Below, in pieces: positions 52,039 through 58,235 of a stretch of DNA of 64,000 nucleotides. Numbering within the stretch: the stretch's first letter is position 1; each line of letters starts with the position of its first letter. Made by a program: the position numbers and the translations under genes. The notes beneath the pieces were generated by a model. That model was given only the letters and a program-made list of their open reading frames with translations, searched no databases and was not told the origin of the DNA. This stretch comes from a virus (Duplodnaviria; Caudoviricetes), in the IMG/VR virus record IMGVR_UViG_3300044297_000138, positions 32,001 through 96,000 of that record; one strand, given 5' to 3'.

Positions 52039-52491
52039 ATGACTTATCTTACCCCTATGCTCGACTTCCGTAAATTGGATCCATTTGCTGTCGGCTTTGA
52101 TGAAATGTTCAAAGACCTACAAGAAATGACACAAAATACTGCGAAGCAATTTACTGCATATCCTCCATACAACATCCGTCAAGTCAAAGACAACAAGTAT
52201 GTCATTGAAATGGCCGTTGCTGGTTTTGCAAAATCTGACATTGAAGTTACATTAGAAGGTAACACTTTAGTAATTAAAGGTTCTGCAAAAGAATTAGATG
52301 GAGAAGAAGGCACATTCTTACACAAAGGAATTGCCAACCGTAACTTTAGCCGTGAATTCAAATTGGCCGACAAGATTGAAATCAAAGACGCCGAATTGGT
52401 AAATGGTATGTTAAAGGTTTGGTTGGAAAATATGGTCAAAGCCCAAGACCTAATCAAGAAGATTGCTGTCAAGGAAAAGAAAGATGAATAA
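52039..52491 (+). CDS. small heat shock protein Hsp20 (IbpA-like)
   Basis: YPPYNI; IEMAVAGF; FLHKGIA.R.F.R.F.L; NGML. Confidence 0.93.
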   Translation: MTYLTPMLDFRKLDPFAVGFDEMFKDLQEMTQNTAKQFTAYPPYNIRQVKDNKYVIEMAVAGFAKSDIEVTLEGNTLVIKGSAKELDGEEGTFLHKGIANRNFSREFKLADKIEIKDAELVNGMLKVWLENMVKAQDLIKKIAVKEKKDE

Positions 52492-52552
52492 TTGGTGGCC
52501 CGTATCCGATGAGGAATGGGAACGCTTAAATCATCCAGAAAAATTCCGTTAA
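52484..52552 (+). CDS. 22-aa mini-ORF MNNWWPVSDEEWERLNHPEKFR
   Basis: AAGGA upstream; overlaps the hsp20 stop and ends just before the terminator. Confidence 0.4.
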   Translation: MNNWWPVSDEEWERLNHPEKFR

Positions 52553-52554
52553 TC

Positions 52555-52593
52555 AAAGGGGCTCTTGACAGAGCCCTTTCTTTTTGATATAAT
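52555..52593 (+). terminator. terminator overlapping a consensus sigma70 promoter
   Basis: GGGCTCT-TGAC-AGAGCCC plus T-tract; TTGACA (52565)-17 bp-TATAAT (52588). Confidence 0.8.
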
Positions 52594-52599
52594 TCCATT

Positions 52600-52788
52600 A
52601 TGAAAACCGAAAAACCAATTAAAGTTCGTGTGATATCTTCCAAGGAAGAATTTTACACCTTTAAAAGTTGGCCTACAAAAACAATTGAAGGCATTACTTT
52701 TATTGGTGTGAATAAGTTCGTACCTACGCAAGACAAAACACAAGTCATGTATTGGTTGCGTAAGGATTCTTTAGAATATCTGAATTAA
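52600..52788 (+). CDS. hypothetical protein (likely leaderless)
   Basis: ATG 6 nt after the -10 box. Confidence 0.6.
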   Translation: MKTEKPIKVRVISSKEEFYTFKSWPTKTIEGITFIGVNKFVPTQDKTQVMYWLRKDSLEYLN

Positions 52789-52791
52789 TTT

Positions 52792-52868
52792 GCGCCTGTA
52801 GCTCAGTTGGTCAGAGCAGGGGACTCATAATCCCTTGGTCCTAGGTTCAAGTCCTAGTGGGCGCACCA
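52792..52868 (+). tRNA. tRNA-Ile2 (CAT, lysidine type)
   Basis: Cloverleaf; GGGGA-CT-CAT-AA-TCCCT arm; C4/C5; CCA end. Confidence 0.85.
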
Positions 52869-52955
52869 TCTATCAACGACATAGAAAAAATCAATTAGAT
52901 TTTAAATTAAAATAGTGATATACTATCATACATAATTTTATTTAAGGAGAAATCT

Positions 52956-53093
52956 ATGAAGCAATATATGTGTGAAGTTTGTGGTCATATTCACGATGAA
53001 GAAACTATGGGTAAGTTGGAAAATTTGCCAAAGTATGCTAATTGTCCTGAATGTGGTGTTGATGTGAGAGAAGCATATAAAGAAGTTCAATGA
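52956..53093 (+). CDS. rubredoxin-like protein (45 aa)
   Basis: MKQYMCEVCGHIHDEE...LP...CPECG; AAGGAG RBS; too short for the ORF track. Confidence 0.85.
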   Translation: MKQYMCEVCGHIHDEETMGKLENLPKYANCPECGVDVREAYKEVQ

Positions 53094-53521
53094 AAGAAAA
53101 ATTTCGTAATGCATATATGAAAACGGCCGAGACATTCGCAGAATTGTCCTCGGCTCGTAGACTTCATGTCGGTGCGATTATTGTAAAAGATGACCGCATT
53201 ATAAGTATTGGTTATAATGGTATGCCTTCTGGTTGGGACAACAATTGTGAAAACGATTTTGGATTGGATTTTAATGGTAACCGGACTCTAGTAACAAAAC
53301 CCGAGGTGTTACATGCTGAAACTAATGCAATCGCTAAGTTGGCAAGATCAAACGAATCTGGCCTTGGTTCTACTATGTTTATCACTCATGCTCCTTGTCT
53401 GGACTGTGCAAAACTGGTATATCAGTCTGGTATCAATACCGTTTACTATCGGAACAGTTATCGTGATGAAAATGGCATACAATTCTTGGAAAAAGCGGGA
53501 GTAACAATAGAAAAGATTTGA
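53090..53521 (+). CDS. cd: dCMP deaminase
   Basis: GYNG; HAETNAI; PCLDC. Confidence 0.93.
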   Translation: MKEKFRNAYMKTAETFAELSSARRLHVGAIIVKDDRIISIGYNGMPSGWDNNCENDFGLDFNGNRTLVTKPEVLHAETNAIAKLARSNESGLGSTMFITHAPCLDCAKLVYQSGINTVYYRNSYRDENGIQFLEKAGVTIEKI

Positions 53522-53549
53522 CCGCTAAATAGGTCCAGGAGGGTGATCT

Positions 53550-54059
53550 ATGAATTTGAAGGTAATCAACTGTCCAGACAAGAACTTTAAACCTTACATA
53601 GAAAAGGCCGCTCTCTTTTACGCCAAGGAGTTGATTCCCAATACCAAAATTAGGAATAATTGCTTCACCACCATAAGATTTGATGGTAATTTGGAAGAAT
53701 ACGGATACGCATCCGTTGAAGATTACAACACCAGAAAACAAGCCAGAGAGTTCTTGATAGAAATACACCCTGGAATTGGTGCCAGAAAGATCCTGGAGAC
53801 TTTGGCACACGAAATGGTGCATGTCAAACAATATATACACAACGAAACCAACGATGACCTATCGGTCTGGCATGGTAAAAAATATAACTCCGATAAAATG
53901 GACTACTGGAGTCACCCATGGGAAATAGATGCCCATGGCCGTGAAACTGGCCTCTTAACTAAGTTTGCTATAAGTGAATGTTTATGGGAAGTTTTTGAAG
54001 AATTTAGGAATCCGAATCTACCAATAGTTTCTATTCCTATTAAGTGGAAGAAAATATGA
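53550..54059 (+). CDS. HExxH zinc metallopeptidase-like protein
   Basis: TLAHEMVHVKQ...PWEIDA. Confidence 0.75.
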   Translation: MNLKVINCPDKNFKPYIEKAALFYAKELIPNTKIRNNCFTTIRFDGNLEEYGYASVEDYNTRKQAREFLIEIHPGIGARKILETLAHEMVHVKQYIHNETNDDLSVWHGKKYNSDKMDYWSHPWEIDAHGRETGLLTKFAISECLWEVFEEFRNPNLPIVSIPIKWKKI

Positions 54060-54562
54060 GCCATGTTCATTGGGAACATAAAACATACGGTGCAGAAAAA
54101 ATTGAAGTTTTCCAGTGGGGTGAAGGTGCTACCTGTAAAATAGGAAAATATTGTTCTATTGCAGACAAAGTAAAAGTTTTTTTAGGTGGTGACCATAAAA
54201 TAAATTGGACTAGCACTTTTCCACATAGAGAACAAACAGGAACAAAAGGCGACATTATTATTGGCAACGATGTTTGGTTGAGTCACGGTGTTACCATCAT
54301 GTCCGGTGTTACAATAGGTGATGGTGCGATTGTTGCAGCCAATTCACATGTGGTTAAAAATGTTGAACCTTACACCATCGTTGGTGGAAATCCCGCAAAG
54401 TATATAAGACATAGATTTAGTGGCAACATAATAGATTTACTATTGCAATTAAAATGGTGGGATTTACCGGACGATGCGGTAAAAAGAATAGAAGATGTTT
54501 TATGTTCTGAACCGAACCAAGAAAAATTACTTGAGTTGGTAAAAGAACACAGAAGTATTTAA
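54056..54562 (+). CDS. CatB/Vat-like hexapeptide O-acetyltransferase
   Basis: IGKYCSIA; IGNDVWL; GVTIGDGAIVAA; VGGNPAK; WWD. Confidence 0.9.
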   Translation: MSHVHWEHKTYGAEKIEVFQWGEGATCKIGKYCSIADKVKVFLGGDHKINWTSTFPHREQTGTKGDIIIGNDVWLSHGVTIMSGVTIGDGAIVAANSHVVKNVEPYTIVGGNPAKYIRHRFSGNIIDLLLQLKWWDLPDDAVKRIEDVLCSEPNQEKLLELVKEHRSI

Positions 54563-54582
54563 AAATATTTTTACGAAATCGC

Positions 54583-54611
54583 TTGCCAACGGCAGCAAAT
54601 GCCTATATAAT
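54583..54611 (+). promoter_or_regulatory. sigma70 promoter of the leader/attenuator
   Basis: TTGCCA-17 bp-TATAAT. Confidence 0.8.
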
Positions 54612-54643
54612 ACAAACATATTGAAATTTTTACGAAAGAAAAA

Positions 54644-54748
54644 ATGTTATCCATACATAGATCGACACTAAAGGCCTGTGAGTATCGCACACCATTTATT
54701 GGTAGCGATAATCAGTCATGGCTAAAGGGGTCTTGTATAGGAGCTTAA
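54644..54748 (+). CDS. putative attenuator leader peptide MLSIHRSTLKACEYRTPFIGSDNQSWLKGSCIGA
   Basis: 34-codon ORF between a promoter and a terminator; its 3' codons are complementary to the terminator 5' side; only a weak A-rich RBS. Confidence 0.6.
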   Translation: MLSIHRSTLKACEYRTPFIGSDNQSWLKGSCIGA

Positions 54749-54781
54749 TACAAAAGTAGTAAAAGAAACTTCAAACACAAG

Positions 54782-54814
54782 ACCCAGACCCTCAAAAGTC
54801 TGGGTTTTTTGTTT
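54782..54814 (+). terminator. intrinsic terminator (attenuator) before the tRNA array
   Basis: ACCCAGAC-8 nt-GTCTGGGT-TTTTTGTTT. Confidence 0.85.
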
Positions 54815-54837
54815 GGTGTGTCATAAAAACAACACCA

Positions 54838-54886
54838 TTGACAAAGCAATCTGGCTTTGTTATAATAGAAAATCGTTCTTTAAAAA
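54838..54886 (+). promoter_or_regulatory. consensus sigma70 promoter plus rrn boxA-like element
   Basis: TTGACA-17 bp-TATAAT, then CGTTCTTTAAAAA at 54874-54886. Confidence 0.75.
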
Positions 54887-54903
54887 TTTGTAGAGTCATT
54901 TGT

Positions 54904-54979
54904 ACCCTCTTAGCCAAGCTGGTAAGGCATCGGATTTTGATTCCGACATGCGGTGGTTCAAGTCCATCAGGGGGTGCCA
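54904..54979 (+). tRNA. tRNA-Gln (TTG)
   Basis: Cloverleaf, CCA. Confidence 0.9.
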
Positions 54980-55064
54980 TACAAAAACACATCAGTATCG
55001 AAAAGGTACGTGCGACTGAAAAGCCGGGGTTTGTGAGCTTGGTGTGTTTCTATATGGTTTTAAT

Positions 55065-55156
55065 GGAAGTGTGGCAGAGTCCGGTTTATTGCACCTGTCT
55101 TGAAAACAGACGATCTGTAAAAGGGTCCGTGAGTTCGAATCTCACCGCTTCCGCCA
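55065..55156 (+). tRNA. tRNA-Ser (TGA)
   Basis: Cloverleaf, long variable arm, CCA. Confidence 0.9.
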
Positions 55157-55264
55157 ATATGTTGAGCTGGGAATTTGGCCTTCGATGTATCTAATAAGAA
55201 ACTAGCAAAACTATTAGAGTTGGCATCCTTCCTTGCTAGTTAATCAGCTCAACAAAATATTTAT

Positions 55265-55354
55265 GGAGAGTGGGCAGGATGGTAATGCAGCGGATTGCTA
55301 ATCCGTAGACTTACGAAAGTAGGTCACAGGGTTCGACTCCCTGACTCTCCGCCA
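55265..55354 (+). tRNA. tRNA-Ser (GCT)
   Basis: Cloverleaf, long variable arm, CCA. Confidence 0.9.
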
Positions 55355-55422
55355 AGTTGTGTTGCAACTGATTTGAGGAACTCCCGTACACCTCAAAGAG
55401 AATGACAAAAAAACGGGGCCAT

Positions 55423-55514
55423 GCCAGCGAGACTTGGTAGTCAGAGAGGTCTTATAAGCCTTTTAGCGCCAGATTAGCGTTCTTGAGTGAGTTCGATTCT
55501 CACCGCTGGTACCA
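55423..55514 (+). tRNA. atypical tRNA with TAT anticodon (nominal Ile), long variable arm
   Basis: GCCAGCG/CGCTGGT acceptor; GAGGT-CT-TAT-AA-GCCTT; GTGAG-TTCGATT-CTCAC; CCA. Confidence 0.75.
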
Positions 55515-55519
55515 ATCAT

Positions 55520-55595
55520 GTAGGTGTGACCCGAAAGGCTAGGGAACGGATTGCAAATCCGTTTTATGCAGGTTCGATTCCTGTCACCTACTCCA
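55520..55595 (+). tRNA. tRNA-Cys (GCA)
   Basis: Cloverleaf, U73, CCA. Confidence 0.9.
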
Positions 55596-55690
55596 TAATA
55601 CTTGATTGATTTTATGGAGAACTAAAGTGTTACTTGCCAAAATTATTAATTGTGATACAATAGAGTTTCTTTCATTGAATGAGGTATCAA

Positions 55691-55912
55691 ATGATTACTG
55701 AAAAGCAAATCAAAAAATTGAAAAAATTTGGTTATAAAGTTTTTGGAGTTGTTGGTCATAAAGAAGGAACACATTGCTTTGATTATTATGGGTATGAAGT
55801 ACCTAAAATTCGGAGCATTTGTCCCGCTTATGTTGCACACAAAGGAGAAATGAAAGCGTGGGAAGCAGTTTTGAAATTTCATCAAGAAGAAGTTGAAGGT
55901 GTTTTAATTTAA
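55691..55912 (+). CDS. hypothetical protein within the tRNA array
   Basis: GAGG RBS; upstream TTGCCA...TACAAT promoter-like sequence. Confidence 0.6.
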   Translation: MITEKQIKKLKKFGYKVFGVVGHKEGTHCFDYYGYEVPKIRSICPAYVAHKGEMKAWEAVLKFHQEEVEGVLI

Positions 55913-55922
55913 AAATTTGTGT

Positions 55923-55997
55923 GCTCGGTTCGTCTATCGGTTAGGACGCTGGCCTTTCACGCCGGAAAGACGAGTTCGATTCTCGTACCGAGTACCA
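55923..55997 (+). tRNA. tRNA-Glu (TTC)
   Basis: Cloverleaf, CCA. Confidence 0.9.
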
Positions 55998-56211
55998 TAT
56001 TAAATTGCATTGGGTTACCAATTCCAATAGGTGACTGTCAGGGATAGATTCAGCAGCCGTGCTGACCTTGACACAATCACATGAAGCCTGACGATGGTGT
56101 TGGAAGTAATTGGTTCGTAATGTGGACATAACCTTATCGGCGGACGAAGCCGTGAGAAGTCTCCTGGAGTGGAGAAACGGTTGTGACACCCCAATGTAAT
56201 TTAGTATGGTA
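55993..56211 (+). ncRNA. structured RNA closed by a 22-bp stem
   Basis: 55993-56014 pairs with 56190-56211; several inner helices. Confidence 0.6.
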
Positions 56212-56337
56212 TTATTTGTTTTGCTGATGTAAGCTCAGAGGTACGATCAAACGTTATGTAACTATGTAAATAAACGGTAATTCTTGCAAGTAAGTCCGTT
56301 GAGCATAGCATATAGTGCGTCAGCAAAACAAATGGTA
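56210..56337 (+). ncRNA. structured RNA closed by a 22-bp stem
   Basis: 56210-56231 pairs with 56316-56337. Confidence 0.55.
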
Positions 56338-56341
56338 TTAT

Positions 56342-56416
56342 GCAGGTGTAACTCAGAGGCAGAGTATCTGGCTTTTAACCAGAGAGTCGAGATTTCAAAA
56401 TTCTCCACCTGTACCA
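56342..56416 (+). tRNA. tRNA-Lys (TTT)
   Basis: Cloverleaf with a slightly irregular T arm, CCA. Confidence 0.85.
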
Positions 56417-56425
56417 GTAGAATTT

Positions 56426-56510
56426 GGAGGTGCCGCCGTAATGGTATGGCAGGAGACTGTAAATCTTCCGGCTTGCGCCACAGTAGGTTCGATCCCTACC
56501 ACCTCCACCA
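56426..56510 (+). tRNA. tRNA-Tyr (GTA)
   Basis: Cloverleaf, variable arm, CCA. Confidence 0.9.
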
Positions 56511-56515
56511 AATTT

Positions 56516-56590
56516 GGTCCGTAAGTGTTCATGGACGCACGTAAGCTTGTCACGCTTAAAGAAGGGGCTCGATACCCCTACGGACCGCCA
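56516..56590 (+). tRNA. tRNA-Asp (GTC)
   Basis: Cloverleaf, CCA. Confidence 0.85.
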
Positions 56591-56603
56591 TATATAATTT
56601 TAT

Positions 56604-56678
56604 TCCCCGTTAGCTCAGCGGCAGAGCAGTTGACTGTTAATCAATTGGTCCCTGGTTCGATCCCAGGATGGGGAGCCA
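56604..56678 (+). tRNA. tRNA-Asn (GTT)
   Basis: Cloverleaf, CCA. Confidence 0.92.
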
Positions 56679-56684
56679 AATATT

Positions 56685-56761
56685 CGGAGTGTAGCACAGC
56701 CTGGTAGTGCGCTTGCTTTGGGAGCAAGAGGTCCAAGGTTCGAATCCTTGTACTCCGACCA
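56685..56761 (+). tRNA. tRNA-Pro (TGG)
   Basis: Cloverleaf, CCA. Confidence 0.92.
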
Positions 56762-56766
56762 TCTTT

Positions 56767-56842
56767 GGGCCAGTAGCTCATCTGGGAGAGCATCTGCTTT
56801 GCAAGCAGAGGGTAGCGGGTTCAAGTCCTGTCTGGTCCACCA
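56767..56842 (+). tRNA. tRNA-Ala (TGC)
   Basis: Cloverleaf, G3:U70, CCA. Confidence 0.92.
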
Positions 56843-56845
56843 AAA

Positions 56846-57110
56846 CGTGCCGTCTAGTCAACGGCTACTCCGACCCGGAGGACGAGAAGTGGTGTGATGG
56901 CCACGGGTGGTTCTGAGATTTGGAATATAAGTCTCACAGTAGAAATACTGCGGTCTAACCAAACCGGCGCTGGCAATGCGATAACGGCCCCTGTCGGGGA
57001 GCGGGTGGAAGGTGCGTGTGATGGTGGTGTGGTATGAGTGCCTAAAAGGCGTCCTCAGAGTCCATTAACTGCTTGATGCGCTATAATTACCGCCGAGGGG
57101 TGCCAGAGCA
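56846..57110 (+). ncRNA. GC-rich multi-helix ncRNA (about 265 nt)
   Basis: Hairpins GCCGT/ACGGC, CTCCG/CGGAG, TGAGATTT/AAGTCTCA, CAGTA-GAAA-TACTG; nested CTGGCA/TGCCAG, CCCCT/AGGGG, GTGCGT/ATGCGC. Confidence 0.65.
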
Positions 57111-57113
57111 TTT

Positions 57114-57188
57114 GGTGATATAGCATAGAAGGATATGCACGGGTTTCATACGCCTGCAAGGTTGGATCGTTACCAACTATCACCACCA
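57114..57188 (+). tRNA. tRNA-Met (CAT, probably elongator)
   Basis: Cloverleaf, atypical T-loop ATCGTTA, CCA. Confidence 0.8.
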
Positions 57189-57194
57189 AATTTT

Positions 57195-57270
57195 CGGTCC
57201 TTGGTGAAACTGGAGATCATCTGAGTCTACGAAATTCAAGTTGGGGGCTCGAATCCCTCAGGACCGGCCA
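57195..57270 (+). tRNA. tRNA-Arg (ACG)
   Basis: Cloverleaf, CCA. Confidence 0.85.
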
Positions 57271-57275
57271 AATTT

Positions 57276-57350
57276 ACCGAGTTAGCTCAGCGGTAGAGCA
57301 GCGTCTTGATAAGGCGTTGGCCAGTGGTTCAATCCCACTACTCGGTACCA
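57276..57350 (+). tRNA. tRNA-Ile (GAT)
   Basis: Cloverleaf, CCA. Confidence 0.9.
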
Positions 57351-57352
57351 TT

Positions 57353-57427
57353 ATCTCGCTGGTGTCAACGGCAGCATGACGGTCTCCAAAACCGTGGGAC
57401 GGGGTTCGAATCCCTGGCGGGATGCCA
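57353..57427 (+). tRNA. tRNA-Trp (CCA)
   Basis: Cloverleaf, CCA. Confidence 0.9.
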
Positions 57428-57448
57428 TTTTTTATAAAGGTGATTGAT

Positions 57449-57925
57449 ATGAAAAAATTCAATGTAGAAGAAGTCAAAACATTCCTTGCAACACAAGGAC
57501 CTGATACCCGTGTATACTTGGGTGCCGACTCCGAAAGAATTAGAGTTAACGGCGTATGGTATGCTGACTATGCATTGGCTGTTGTTGTTCATATTGATGG
57601 CCGCCACGGTTGTAAAATTTTCGGTTATGTTGACCGTGAATTGGATTACGACCATAAGAAAAGTAAACCTGCTATGCGTCTGATGACAGAAGTATATAAG
57701 GTTTCAGAATTGTTTCAAGAATTGCAACATTCACTAGAAGATTTCCATGTTGAAGTTCACTTGGACTTAAATAAGGATGAAGAATTCGGTTCTTCTTGTG
57801 TTGTGCAACAAGCGATTGGTTACATCAAAGGTACATGTAACATGACACCTATGGTTAAACCAGACGCACCTGCCGCTTCTTTCTGTGCAGACCGACTGAA
57901 ACGGATTTTAGCGGAACAAGAATGA
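57449..57925 (+). CDS. RNase H-like YkuK/DUF458 family protein
   Basis: YLGADS...AVVVH...G..IF...L.TEV...EVHLD...KP.A.AAS..ADR. Confidence 0.75.
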   Translation: MKKFNVEEVKTFLATQGPDTRVYLGADSERIRVNGVWYADYALAVVVHIDGRHGCKIFGYVDRELDYDHKKSKPAMRLMTEVYKVSELFQELQHSLEDFHVEVHLDLNKDEEFGSSCVVQQAIGYIKGTCNMTPMVKPDAPAASFCADRLKRILAEQE

Positions 57926-57926
57926 T

Positions 57927-58001
57927 GCAGGAATTAGTTTAGTGGCAAAACCACGGGTTGTGATTCCGTTATCAAGAGTTCGATTCTCTTATTCCTGCCC
58001 A
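57927..58001 (+). tRNA. tRNA-His (GTG)
   Basis: 8-bp acceptor with G-1:C73, CCA. Confidence 0.9.
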
Positions 58002-58003
58002 AT

Positions 58004-58079
58004 GCTTCGTTAACTCAGTTGGTAGAGTGCCTCCCTTACAAGGAGGATGTCGGCAGTTCGAACCTGTCACGAAGCACCA
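58004..58079 (+). tRNA. tRNA-Val (TAC)
   Basis: Cloverleaf, CCA. Confidence 0.92.
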
Positions 58080-58084
58080 ATATT

Positions 58085-58160
58085 GCAGCTCTAGCTGATG
58101 TGGTCATAGCGGCGGTCTGAAGAACCGTTGAACCAGGTTCGATTCCTGGGGGTTGCACCA
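58085..58160 (+). tRNA. tRNA-Phe (GAA)
   Basis: Cloverleaf, CCA. Confidence 0.9.
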
Positions 58161-58161
58161 A

Positions 58162-58235
58162 GCTCTCATAGTATAATGGTATTACACACCCTTGGTAAGG
58201 GTGAAACACAAGTTCAATTCTTGTTGAGAGCACCA
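58162..58235 (+). tRNA. tRNA-Thr (GGT)
   Basis: Cloverleaf, CCA. Confidence 0.9.

Noticed and set aside
56085-56185. Hammerhead ribozyme (CTGACGA...GAAA)
   Set aside because: The required stem II and stem III pairings could not be formed around the core motifs.
56846-57110. RNase P RNA or tmRNA
   Set aside because: No GAGGAAAGUCC-type RNase P core, and no tmRNA tRNA-like ends or tag reading frame recognised.
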